From Patescibacteria group bacterium (GTDB taxonomy: Bacteria; Patescibacteriota; Patescibacteriia; JBAZBY01), in NCBI GenBank assembly GCA_041671225.1, contig JBAZBY010000001.1:622940-686939 (forward strand): a DNA stretch of 64,000 nt, read 5' to 3'. The translations under genes and the position numbers were made by a program. Positions 29,113 through 38,230 of the stretch are shown here, piece by piece (the first letter of the stretch is position 1; each line of letters opens with the position of its first letter). The notes under the pieces were generated by a model that was not told the DNA's origin, ran no database searches, and was given only the letters and a program-made list of their open reading frames with translations.

Positions 29113-29439
29113 ATGAGTACACAGAATGAAAGTAAGGATTTTGCGGTGATTGCCACAGGCGGTAAGCAGTATGTTGTGCACCCTGGCCAAACAATTGCCG
29201 TGGAAAAATTAGAAGAAGCAGAGGGCCAGGTTACCTTTGAGAAGGTGCTTCTGCAGTCAAAAGCAGGAAAAGTCACTATCGGCACTCCTGAGATTTCAGG
29301 CGCCAAGGTTATGGGTACCATTCTCAAAACTGCCAAAGGCAAAAAGATCATGGTCGTGAAATACAAGAACAAGACGCGCCAACGCAGCTCAAATGGTCAT
29401 CGCCAGACCCGGGCTACTGTGAAGATAGAAAGCGTCTAG
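29113..29439 (+). CDS. rplU: 50S ribosomal protein L21
   Basis: AVIATGGKQY, IGTP, GHRQ. Confidence 0.96.
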   Translation: MSTQNESKDFAVIATGGKQYVVHPGQTIAVEKLEEAEGQVTFEKVLLQSKAGKVTIGTPEISGAKVMGTILKTAKGKKIMVVKYKNKTRQRSSNGHRQTRATVKIESV

Positions 29440-30062
29440 TTTGCCTTTGAGGGACGTGATGCAGTAAGCTCTTCGCGGCGTGCGAAGGCATTTTCAAGTG
29501 TCTGGTCATCCGCGTACGCAATATCAGCACCCATCGGGAGTCCTCGGGCGAGACGCGTCATGCGTATTCCCAATTTTGTGAAACGCTTTGTGAGATATTG
29601 CGTGGTTGCTTCGCCTTCCATCGTCGGATCCAGTGCAATGATAAGCTCTTGCACCTTTTTTTCTTTGATGCGCTTCTCGAGTGCATCCACCGTAAGTCGC
29701 TCGGGAGTTATGCCAGCAGTTGGCCGAAGCACTCCACCAAGAATGTGGTATTTTCCTGCAAAAGCGCCACTGCGTTCCAACGCATGAAGATCTGAACTTT
29801 CTGCAACAACACAAAGATGTTCATCACTACGGTTTGCATCCCCGCAGATATTGCAGGGACTTTTTTCTGCAAAATCAAAGCAGATGACGCATGTTGCGAT
29901 GGTTCGCGAGAGATCGCTGATCGCATCTGCCATCGCCTCTCGCTCGCTCTTTGGCAGCTTTAACAGCGTGTAGATATAACGCTCCGCAGTTTTTGGGCCA
30001 ACACCTGGGAGCTGTGTGAAGCGCTCAATGAGGCGCTGGATAACGAAGGGGAATCGTGCCAT
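29436..30062 (-). CDS. recR: Recombination mediator RecR
   Basis: LPGVGPKTAER, C..C...C..C zinc finger, YHILGG, EGEAT, RLARGLP.G. Confidence 0.96.
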   Translation of the reverse strand: MARFPFVIQRLIERFTQLPGVGPKTAERYIYTLLKLPKSEREAMADAISDLSRTIATCVICFDFAEKSPCNICGDANRSDEHLCVVAESSDLHALERSGAFAGKYHILGGVLRPTAGITPERLTVDALEKRIKEKKVQELIIALDPTMEGEATTQYLTKRFTKLGIRMTRLARGLPMGADIAYADDQTLENAFARREELTASRPSKAN

Positions 30063-30358
30063 TAGGAGAAGTTTGGCATGGAAATATCGCCGCTCTGCAT
30101 TTTCTTTACCATGATTTTTTGTACTTCTTTCACGGCACTCTGTACAGCCTCGCGGATACCATCCTCCACATTCTTTTTGTTGTCAGGGGAGAGAAGTTCA
30201 GGGTCAATATTCACGGACTGTATTTCCTGATTACCGTCCATAACAATGGTAATTTTTCCGCCTTTTGCTTCACCAGTGACGGTTTCCTGCGCAAGCATAT
30301 TCTTCATTTCATTTGCCTGACTGCGAAGATCTTTGATCTGTTTGAGTTTATTGAACAT
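30062..30358 (-). CDS. ybaB: YbaB/EbfC family nucleoid-associated protein
   Basis: GEAKGGKITIVMDG..., IDPELL; adjacent to recR. Confidence 0.88.
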   Translation of the reverse strand: MFNKLKQIKDLRSQANEMKNMLAQETVTGEAKGGKITIVMDGNQEIQSVNIDPELLSPDNKKNVEDGIREAVQSAVKEVQKIMVKKMQSGDISMPNFS

Positions 30359-30368
30359 AGGTTCGAAT

Positions 30369-31754
30369 TTAAAATGGTGAATCTTGCGCGAAGGCATTGT
30401 CGCCGACATGATGGCGTTCAAGGCTTCTAAATGAGGCAAGTTCTTTATCAAAAAAGAGATTGATCATGCCGGTGGGACCGTTACGGTGTTTTGCGACATG
30501 GATTTCTGCGCGATTGACATCTTCGGGCGGGAGGTCGCGCTCATGCACGGCTGGGCGATAGATGAACATAACAACGTCAGCATCCTGTTCAATGGTTCCG
30601 GATTCTCGCAGGTCAGAAAGTTTTGGAATTGGAGGGTGGCGCATTTCAGTGGCACGTGAGAGTTGTGAGAGCGCGAGAACCGGAACGTTCAGTTCCTTTG
30701 CAAGTCCCTTGAGTCCGCGCGTAATTTCTGCAACTTGTTGCACGCGATTCTCGACACTTGCCGAACCTTCCAATAGTTGGAGGTAGTCAATGACAATCAT
30801 ACCAATGCCATGTTCAGACTGCAGGCGACGCGCCTTTGTGCGCATTTCCATGATGTTACTCATTGCAGAGTCGTCGATGTAAATTGGGGCTTCAGCGAGC
30901 ACGCCCATTGCATGGCCGATCTTTGGAAAGTCATCGTCACCTTCTGCGTCAGAAAGTTTGCCTGTGCGCAGTTTCCAGAGTGGGACGCCTGCTTCGCTAC
31001 AAATAAGGCGATCGACCAATTGCTCTTTTGACATTTCCAAAGAAAAGATGGCCACTGGAACCTTGTGTTCTGTGGCAACATGTCGACACATGTCCAAGGC
31101 AAGACTTGTTTTTCCCACTGAAGGGCGTGCGGCGAGCACGACGAGATCAGATTTTTGCAGACCAGCAAGGAGGTTGTCTATATCGGGGAAGCCTGTTGGT
31201 ATGCCACGGAGTTGGCCGGTATTTTTGTGGAGTTCATCGATGCGGTCGAATGCATCAGAGAGAATATTCCGAATGGGAATAAAGTTTTGTTTGAGGTAGC
31301 GTTGCGATACTTGAAAAAGTGCTTGTTCCGCACGGTCGAGAACACGCTCCACTTCTTCCTCTTCACCATAACCAAAGCCACTGATATCAGCCGCAGCGGT
31401 AATAAGGCGACGCAGCGTTGCCTTGCGTTGCACGATATTCGCGTAGTGCACCACGTGCGATGACGTCGGTACGGTATTTGCAAGCTCAGTGAGATAGCCC
31501 CGACCGCCAATAATATCCAGCATTTTTTTCTCCTGTAGGCGATTGGTCAGCGAGATCACGTCAATTGGTTCTCGCTGCGCATAGACGTCAAGCATCGACT
31601 CATACACCTTGCGATGCGTGTCTTTATAGAAGTCTTCTGGGTGCAGAGAGTCCGCAACGCGAATCATCGCGTCCTTATCAATAAGGAGCGCACCGAGCAC
31701 GCTTTGCTCAGCTTCGAGGTTCTGTGGGGGGATTTTTGTTACCGAATCGGCCAT
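30369..31754 (-). CDS. dnaB: Replicative DNA helicase
   Basis: PPQNLEAEQSVLG, AARPSVGKT, FSLEM, IDYLQL, LSQLSR, SDLRESG.IEQDAD, KHRNGP. Confidence 0.97.
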   Translation of the reverse strand: MADSVTKIPPQNLEAEQSVLGALLIDKDAMIRVADSLHPEDFYKDTHRKVYESMLDVYAQREPIDVISLTNRLQEKKMLDIIGGRGYLTELANTVPTSSHVVHYANIVQRKATLRRLITAAADISGFGYGEEEEVERVLDRAEQALFQVSQRYLKQNFIPIRNILSDAFDRIDELHKNTGQLRGIPTGFPDIDNLLAGLQKSDLVVLAARPSVGKTSLALDMCRHVATEHKVPVAIFSLEMSKEQLVDRLICSEAGVPLWKLRTGKLSDAEGDDDFPKIGHAMGVLAEAPIYIDDSAMSNIMEMRTKARRLQSEHGIGMIVIDYLQLLEGSASVENRVQQVAEITRGLKGLAKELNVPVLALSQLSRATEMRHPPIPKLSDLRESGTIEQDADVVMFIYRPAVHERDLPPEDVNRAEIHVAKHRNGPTGMINLFFDKELASFRSLERHHVGDNAFAQDSPF

Positions 31755-31888
31755 AAGCCACCTTTTTGTGCTCACGCATTGTACCCCAGGGGGTGCCTGT
31801 CAGCAAGCCGTGACTCCCCAGGCCATACACAGCTCTCTCCACAGCGTTTATTGCATAAAAATCGGGTATTCCGTACACTACCCGCACT

Positions 31889-32422
31889 ATGATTGATCGT
31901 GCGACACCCTTTGTTATTTTTGACACGGAAACCACGGGTCTTGAGCCAACCGAGGGGCATGACATTATTGAGATAGGGGCAGAAAAACTTGTGAACGGCA
32001 AGGTTGTCGATGTGTTTGATTCACTTCTCACAACAGAGCGGACGCTGGATCCTGATGTTGTCGCTATCCATGGGATCACGAATGCGCTCATTGAGAAAGA
32101 GGCGCGGCTCTCCGCGGAGGTTATTTCTGACTTTCTTGGTTTTATTGAAGGTACGGTACTCGTGGCACATAATGCAGGTTTTGATATTGCTTTTCTGAAT
32201 GAACATCTGCGCCGGCAGGGTGTGCCACCAATTGAGAATAGAGTATTGGATACCTTAGCAATTGCTCGTCGCGAACTCGTACTTCCAAGTTATTCATTGC
32301 AGAGCGTGGCAATTTATCTGAAGGTGCCACAACCAAAAGCGCACCGCGCACTCGCAGACGTTCAGACCACGCGCAAGGTTTTTTTGAAGCTTATTGAGCG
32401 CGCAAAACAGCGCCGCAGCTAG
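31889..32422 (+). CDS. DEDDh 3'-5' exonuclease (DnaQ/PolC exonuclease-like)
   Basis: FDTETTG, EIGA, VAHNAGFD, HRALAD. Confidence 0.92.
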   Translation: MIDRATPFVIFDTETTGLEPTEGHDIIEIGAEKLVNGKVVDVFDSLLTTERTLDPDVVAIHGITNALIEKEARLSAEVISDFLGFIEGTVLVAHNAGFDIAFLNEHLRRQGVPPIENRVLDTLAIARRELVLPSYSLQSVAIYLKVPQPKAHRALADVQTTRKVFLKLIERAKQRRS

Positions 32423-32425
32423 GGC

Positions 32426-32454
32426 TTGTCAGAATACAATTTTTGCTTTATACT
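32426..32454 (+). promoter_or_regulatory. Promoter of the tRNA-Lys locus
   Basis: TTGTCA-N17-TATACT, followed by boxA-like GTTCTTTGCA. Confidence 0.65.
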
Positions 32455-32485
32455 CCTTCAGTTCTTTGCATAATAGTAACCGCCC

Positions 32486-32620
32486 CGCGGGCGCCTATAG
32501 CTCCGTGGCACGCGCACCTGGTTTTAACCAGGTGTATGCGTAAGTACATATCATTTTGAAATAATAATCACTTCGCGGGCGCCTATAGCTCAGTGGCACG
32601 CGCACCTGGTTTTAACCAGG
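32486..32620 (+). repeat. Two 47-nt direct repeats (32486-32532, 32574-32620), each a degenerate 5' half of tRNA-Lys
   Basis: CGCGGGCGCCTATAGCTC(C/A)GTGGCACGCGCACCTGGTTTTAACCAGG; 6-nt anticodon loop TTTTAA and altered D arm relative to the intact gene. Confidence 0.9.
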
Positions 32621-32711
32621 GTGGAGTGGGGTCGAGGCTGCCGAGGAGCAACTGAACTGCTTCAGTTGCGTGCAGCCGAGACGGGCGACGCGTTGTCGCC
32701 AAAGGCGACCG

Positions 32712-32756
32712 CGTCGCACCCTATGAGTTCGTCGCACCCTATGAGTTCGTCGCACC
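32712..32756 (+). repeat. 18-nt tandem repeat, 2.5 copies
   Basis: CGTCGCACCCTATGAGTT x2 + CGTCGCACC. Confidence 0.9.
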
Positions 32757-32782
32757 ATACCTTAACATGCTGCCCCCATGGG

Positions 32783-32858
32783 GCGCCCATAGCTCAGTTG
32801 GTAGAGCACCTGGCTTTTAACCAGGGTGTCGGGGGTTCGAATCCCTCTGGGCGCACCA
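32783..32858 (+). tRNA. tRNA-Lys(TTT)
   Basis: 76-nt cloverleaf: acceptor GCGCCCA/TGGGCGC, anticodon arm CCTGG-CT-TTT-AA-CCAGG, GGTTCGAATCC, ACCA end. Confidence 0.97.
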
Positions 32859-32888
32859 TGGGGGCAGCACCAGCGCATACTTCGTGCG

Positions 32889-32947
32889 TCCCTCTGGGCG
32901 CACCACGAAGTGATTATGAGAATGTAAGAATCCCTCTGGGCGCACCA
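32889..32947 (+). repeat. Two extra copies of the tRNA-Lys 3' end (32889-32905, 32928-32947)
   Basis: TCCCTCTGGGCGCACCA and GAATCCCTCTGGGCGCACCA, identical to the 3' end of the intact tRNA. Confidence 0.92.
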
Positions 32948-33173
32948 CGGGGCGGTTCATGGTAGAGAGCATTCACCCTTTTGGCTTCAAAGGAGAATTT
33001 GTGTTTGGAAATAAAAGAAGTGGGCGTTCATGATCTCTTGACAATATTCTTCCGCAGTGCATACTTTGGGCACTGTTCATTCACTGAAGGCATCCTTGCG
33101 TCGCTTCTTCGCTTGAGGTGGTGTTTGGTGTCTTCGTAAAGGCGCTCTACGCGCAAAGCGAGGTGAAAGAAAC

Positions 33174-33497
33174 GTGAAATTTTCCGTGAAGGGAATGATC
33201 ACGCAGGAGATGCTCTGCTTGTTGGGGCAACACGTGCTCCAGGTCATTGCATCGTCGTTTTTCCGGGATACTCTGCCCCGGCAGCGGCTGATGAGCTGGA
33301 CGCAATCCTGCACGTTCACGAACGATTCTGCAGCGCCGGAAATCTCCATTTACCTGCCGACCAGCAGAAAGCAGCTTCACCGTGAGGCCTATGCGCGAAT
33401 GCGCATCGTCGGGCTGATCGAAGCCCTGACGCACATGAAACCGAACGTGCGTTTCACGTACCTCAATAAGGAGGAGCTTGCTGCGCTGGTTGTGTAG
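33174..33497 (+). CDS. Hypothetical protein
   Basis: 107-aa ORF, GTG start with GAGGTG SD; promoter TTGACA-N16-CATACT at 33038-33065; hairpin downstream (33539-33577). Confidence 0.55.
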   Translation: MKFSVKGMITQEMLCLLGQHVLQVIASSFFRDTLPRQRLMSWTQSCTFTNDSAAPEISIYLPTSRKQLHREAYARMRIVGLIEALTHMKPNVRFTYLNKEELAALVV

Positions 33498-33602
33498 GGA
33501 AGGAGGGCCCCGATGTCTGCCTCACAGACCGCCCATTCGAACCGACCCGGATATCCTCTATCCGTTCAGGTCGGTTCTTTAATATGTGTTACACTATATT
33601 GT

Positions 33603-36371
33603 ATGGTGAAAATAAAATGGTACGCGATTTCAACAGCCGATGCACTAGGAAGATTAGAATCTTCTCCTGAGGGTCTTACTACAGACGTGATCGCAGAGCG
33701 GCGCAAACGTTACGGAGAGAATCGGCTTCCTGATGCCAAGGCCCTTTCGCCTGTTGTTGTCTTTCTTCGGCAGTTTAAGAGCCCGCTCATTGCTATTCTG
33801 ATCATTGCCGCAGGACTTTCTTTGTTCCTGCGGGAGTTTATTGATGCCGTCATTATTATTGCCATACTCTTTTTTAATGCGATCATTGGATTTATTCAGG
33901 AGAGGCGCGCTGATTCAGCCCTTAAAGCACTGCAGCAAATGGCGCAATCAAGTGTTGTTGTGGTTCGTGATGGTACGGTGCAGACCATAGAGCAGATAGA
34001 ACTTGTGCCAGGTGATATTTTGGTTGTTGAGACAGGAGATATTCTTGCTGCCGACGCTCGTATTCTTGAGTACACGAATCTCAAGGTGAATGAATCAATC
34101 CTGACTGGCGAAGCAGTACCGGTACACAAAAGCAATAAAAAACTTGCAGAAAAAACAGCAATACCTGACCGTGCCAATATGCTTTTTCGGGGGACAACAG
34201 TGGTCTATGGGCGTGCGCGCGCGCTCGTAACCGCCACTGCTCTTGAAACGCAATACGGCAGCATTGTTGCCGAAGTGCAAAAGAGTGAAAACACAAGTAC
34301 CCCGATCCAGCAACGTTTCAGTACATTATCTCGCAGTATTGGCGTTGCAGTGATTGGCGTTGCACTGCTTGTCGTTGCACTTGGCATCGCGCGTGATATT
34401 CCGATTGTGGAGATGATTCTCGTTGGGCTCTCTTTAGCTGTTTCCGCCATACCAGAGGGTTTGCCGATCGTGGTGACCATTACGCTGGCCATTGGTATGT
34501 GGCGTATGGCAAAACGCAAGGCTATCGTGCGTAAACTTCCTGCGGTTGAGACGCTTGGGTCGGTGAATCTTATTGCATCTGACAAAACAGGCACGCTAAC
34601 CTTTGGTGAGATGATGGTCCAGCGTGCATTTGTTGATGAGAAGGAATTTACCGCAAGCGGCAAGGGATATCAGCGCGATGGACTCTTTTTGCTTCATAAT
34701 CACCCAGTTGATCATGTAAAAGAAAAAGGGTTGTCGCGTGCGCTGCTTCTTGGTGCACTTTGCAATAATGCATCTCTGCGTTACCCAGAAAAAAATGCAG
34801 AAAATCCGCATCCAGAAACCGTGGGGGATCCCACAGAAATTGCATTGCTTGTCGGTGCCGTGAAGGGCGGTATTGAGCCTAATAATTTGAAGGAGCGGCA
34901 TTCCCGCATCGGGGAGATTCCTTTTGACTCTGATAAGAAATATATGATGACCATCCATAAGGATGGCAAAAAGGAACTGGTCGCAATCAAGGGCGCACCT
35001 GAGAAGATCCTCGCCATGAGTTCAAAGATTTTTGTGGGCGGAAAGGTTCATAAACTTACCGCTGCGCTGCGTGATATTATAGAGCGTGAATACGCGCAAA
35101 TGGCGCATAACAGCCTGCGGGGTATTGCGGTTGCTGAGTTGAGTTCGCACAACGGCATGAAGGATGCTGCGCGTGTTTCGAAGGAAAAGAATCTAACGTT
35201 TGTTGGGCTTTTTGGTATTAGTGACGCAATACGCGAAGAAGCGGCAACAACTATTTCTGTTGCAGCGCGTGCGGGCATCCGAACCATTATGATTACCGGT
35301 GATCATAAAGATACTGCGATTGCTATTGCATATGAGCTTGAGATCTTGCCCAAGGATGGTTCGAAGGAAGATATTGATGCTGCGGTTATTGATGGTTTGA
35401 CGCTTGATGAGCTTTCTGATGATGAGTTACTTAAACGCTTACCAAAGCTGCGCGTTGCTGCGCGCGTTTCTCCTGAACATAAACTGCGCATCGTTCGTCT
35501 TGCAAAGCAGCAGGGGAACGTTGTTGCGGTGACTGGTGATGGCGTGAATGATGCTCCGGCTCTGGTAGAAGGGGATATCGGCATAGCCGTTGATCAACAG
35601 AGCACCGATGCCGCAAAAGGCGCATCCGACATTCTTCTTACCGATGGGAATTTTGCGACAATTATTGGCGCAGTTGAAGAAGGGCGTACGATTTTTGCGA
35701 ACATTCGCCGCGTGACATTGTATTTGCTTTCTACCAATATCGTTGAGGCATTACTTATCCTTATCACGCTTGCTTTCAATTTTCCTTTGCCTCTTCTGCC
35801 AATTCAGATTCTTTGGTTGAATGTGGTGACCGATACCTTTCTTGATATCTCTATCGGCACAGAACCAAAACATGCGACGGTCATGGAGGATGGGCCAAAT
35901 AGGCGCGAAGAACACATTATTAATGCACATACTCTTGGCCGCTTACTCTTTCTTGCAACGATCATGCTCGGCATCGTGTTCTTTGTGTATCGTTTTACTT
36001 TGGCAAATACACTAGACCTTCGTTATGTTTATGCAATGACGCTCACCGCGCTTGCCGTTTCTCAGTGGTTCAATTCCTTTAATGTACGGAGCGGGCGTGA
36101 ATCGCTCTTTCGCGTTGGCCTGTTGCGCAACAAATTTCATCTTGGCGCACTCGGCGTGGTTCTCTCATTGCAGCTTATTGCACTCTATGTGCCGCCAGTA
36201 ACAAAAGCACTTCACTTGGTTCCCCTGGCGCTCCGTGATTGGCTGTTTATTATTGCACTCGGCAGTCTTGTTTTTGTCGCCGAAGAGGTTCGAAAATTTG
36301 CGTTCCGGCACTGGCGCAGCGCACCGCGCAATGTACATGGGCCGGCAGAACCTGCGGAAAACGCGCGTTGA
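33603..36371 (+). CDS. Cation-transporting P-type ATPase (type II, Ca2+-like)
   Basis: LTGE, AIPEGLP, SDKTGTLT, GDPTE, KGAPE, MITGD, TGDGVNDAPAL, QILWLN.VTD. Confidence 0.95.
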   Translation: MVKIKWYAISTADALGRLESSPEGLTTDVIAERRKRYGENRLPDAKALSPVVVFLRQFKSPLIAILIIAAGLSLFLREFIDAVIIIAILFFNAIIGFIQERRADSALKALQQMAQSSVVVVRDGTVQTIEQIELVPGDILVVETGDILAADARILEYTNLKVNESILTGEAVPVHKSNKKLAEKTAIPDRANMLFRGTTVVYGRARALVTATALETQYGSIVAEVQKSENTSTPIQQRFSTLSRSIGVAVIGVALLVVALGIARDIPIVEMILVGLSLAVSAIPEGLPIVVTITLAIGMWRMAKRKAIVRKLPAVETLGSVNLIASDKTGTLTFGEMMVQRAFVDEKEFTASGKGYQRDGLFLLHNHPVDHVKEKGLSRALLLGALCNNASLRYPEKNAENPHPETVGDPTEIALLVGAVKGGIEPNNLKERHSRIGEIPFDSDKKYMMTIHKDGKKELVAIKGAPEKILAMSSKIFVGGKVHKLTAALRDIIEREYAQMAHNSLRGIAVAELSSHNGMKDAARVSKEKNLTFVGLFGISDAIREEAATTISVAARAGIRTIMITGDHKDTAIAIAYELEILPKDGSKEDIDAAVIDGLTLDELSDDELLKRLPKLRVAARVSPEHKLRIVRLAKQQGNVVAVTGDGVNDAPALVEGDIGIAVDQQSTDAAKGASDILLTDGNFATIIGAVEEGRTIFANIRRVTLYLLSTNIVEALLILITLAFNFPLPLLPIQILWLNVVTDTFLDISIGTEPKHATVMEDGPNRREEHIINAHTLGRLLFLATIMLGIVFFVYRFTLANTLDLRYVYAMTLTALAVSQWFNSFNVRSGRESLFRVGLLRNKFHLGALGVVLSLQLIALYVPPVTKALHLVPLALRDWLFIIALGSLVFVAEEVRKFAFRHWRSAPRNVHGPAEPAENAR

Positions 36372-36386
36372 TGAATCATCTAAAAT

Positions 36387-36818
36387 ATGTTATGGTTGCT
36401 TGTGATGAACAAGCGATTTCTTGGTGCTGCAACGATTTTTTTACTCGTTGTTGCTGGCGTTGGGGTGGCTTTCCTCGGCTTTCTGAAATCAGATGAGCGC
36501 GAGGGAATTGTGGAGGGAACAAAACAGTCCCAACTGGTGCAGGTGCGCACATTGACCATCCGCACAGTAAACGGTGAAACACTTGAGTTTGCGCCAAATG
36601 TATTGGTGTATATTGATGAACAGATAGGTGAACAAACACAGGGAAGAGAATCAATACATCAAGCCCTTCGTTCCAATGAAAGCGGCATCGCAGTGTTTCA
36701 GTTACCGCAAGGCGATTATACCCTTCGTTCTGGTAGCGCAGAGTGGTATGGCGTTCTGAATGTTCGACTGGAACAAAATGCAGAACTTTATCTTAATCTT
36801 CATTCACTTACCGAATGA
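36387..36818 (+). CDS. Membrane-anchored/secreted hypothetical protein (small beta-sandwich-like)
   Basis: N-terminal hydrophobic helix; SNESGIAVFQLPQGDYTL carboxypeptidase-regulatory-like pattern; stop overlaps aspS start. Confidence 0.6.
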   Translation: MLWLLVMNKRFLGAATIFLLVVAGVGVAFLGFLKSDEREGIVEGTKQSQLVQVRTLTIRTVNGETLEFAPNVLVYIDEQIGEQTQGRESIHQALRSNESGIAVFQLPQGDYTLRSGSAEWYGVLNVRLEQNAELYLNLHSLTE

Positions 36819-38227
36819 TTGACTTTTCTCAGCGTATTCTTAGTTCCACAATAAAGGATGCGGTTGGCGCACCAGCCATGATGGCTGGTTGGGTTCAGAG
36901 CGTCCGCAAGATGGGGAAAATTCTCTTTATTGATTTGCGGGATAAGGACGGCATCACGCAGTTAGTCGTTAACCCAGAAAGTGCCGCACAAGCAACTGCT
37001 CGGCGTATTCGACCGGAGTGGGTGATTGGCGTACGCGGCAGCGTCAAGGATCGTGGCGAAGCGCATGTGAATGAAAAAATTGCCAGCGGTACCGTTGAGA
37101 TGGCTGTTGATGAGATTGAAGTTTTAAATGAGGCGCTCACTCCACCTTTTGAAATTGATGACCGCAAGGATGTCAGTGAAGAGATTCGACTGCAGTACCG
37201 ATATCTTGATTTGCGACATGAACGCATGCAGAAGAATATCCGCATGCGGCATGACATAGTGCGCTATATGCGTACCTTCCTTTCGGATCGTGATTTTACA
37301 GAAATCGAAACCCCAACACTGACAAAGGGCACGCCAGAAGGAGCACGTGAATATGTGGTTCCATCGCGACTCTATCCTGGGAATTTTTATGTGTTGCCGC
37401 AATCGCCGCAACAATTCAAGCAGTTATTGATGGTTGCCGGCTTTGAGCGTTATTTTCAATTCGCCCGTTGCTTCCGCGATGAAGACCAGCGTGGCGATCG
37501 ACAACCGGAGTTCACGCAACTCGATTTGGAGATGAGCTTCATACAGCAGGATGACATTCTTGCACTCATGGAAGAATTATTTACAAGCCTCGTGGAAACA
37601 TTGTACCCGCATAAACATATCACCAAAAAACCGTGGCCGCGTATTACCTATGCGGAGGCAATGAAGCAGTACCATACCGATAAACCAGACTTGCGTATTC
37701 ATCCTGACGATCCGGATGAACTGGCCTTTGCGTTTGTTACCGATTTTCCTTTGTTTGAAAAAACTGCGGATGGCAAGCTTGCGAGTGCACATCACCCTTT
37801 TACGATGCCCGCCGCGGAGGATTTGGAGACGTTTGAAGAACATCCGCTCACCGCAAACTCACAAGCGTATGATATGGTTTTGAACGGCAATGAGATTGGT
37901 TCTGGTAGTATTCGTATCCATAATCGAGATTTGCAAAACCGTATTTTTAAGACGCTCGGCCTCCCCGATGATGAAATCGAACAGCGCTTTGGTCATATGC
38001 TCCGTGCATTCGAATATGGCGCGCCTCCACATGGCGGCATGGCGCCCGGCATCGATCGTATTGTGATGTTACTGCAGAATGAACCGAATATTCGTGAAGT
38101 CATGGCCTTTCCAAAGACGGGGGATGCGCGTGATTTGATGATGGGTGCACCCTCGGAGATTCCCGAAGAACAGATCGCGAGCGTGCATATACAGACAGTG
38201 ATTGATGATAAAGAGAAGAAAACATGA
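36815..38227 (+). CDS. aspS: Aspartate--tRNA ligase (short form lacking the GAD insertion)
   Basis: FIDLRD, RLQYRYLDLR, TPEGAR, LPQSPQQFKQLLM, CFRDED, HHPFT, GAPPHGG, FPKT. Confidence 0.96.
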   Translation: MIDFSQRILSSTIKDAVGAPAMMAGWVQSVRKMGKILFIDLRDKDGITQLVVNPESAAQATARRIRPEWVIGVRGSVKDRGEAHVNEKIASGTVEMAVDEIEVLNEALTPPFEIDDRKDVSEEIRLQYRYLDLRHERMQKNIRMRHDIVRYMRTFLSDRDFTEIETPTLTKGTPEGAREYVVPSRLYPGNFYVLPQSPQQFKQLLMVAGFERYFQFARCFRDEDQRGDRQPEFTQLDLEMSFIQQDDILALMEELFTSLVETLYPHKHITKKPWPRITYAEAMKQYHTDKPDLRIHPDDPDELAFAFVTDFPLFEKTADGKLASAHHPFTMPAAEDLETFEEHPLTANSQAYDMVLNGNEIGSGSIRIHNRDLQNRIFKTLGLPDDEIEQRFGHMLRAFEYGAPPHGGMAPGIDRIVMLLQNEPNIREVMAFPKTGDARDLMMGAPSEIPEEQIASVHIQTVIDDKEKKT

Positions 38228-38230
38228 CCT

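Noticed and set aside
32486-32947. CRISPR array suggested by repeats separated by 25-41 nt spacers
   Set aside because: The repeats are tRNA-Lys fragments of two different kinds, number only two or three each, and there are no cas genes in the window.
32478-32957. Group I or group II intron in the tRNA genes
   Set aside because: Each locus has an uninterrupted tRNA. I could not identify group I P7/terminal-G or group II domain V features, and the outer 5' halves have defective anticodon loops. A covariance-model scan would be needed to exclude it fully.
32621-32965. 114-aa ORF across the tRNA-Lys locus
   Set aside because: It overlaps the tRNA and its repeats; the repeated peptides simply mirror the DNA repeats.
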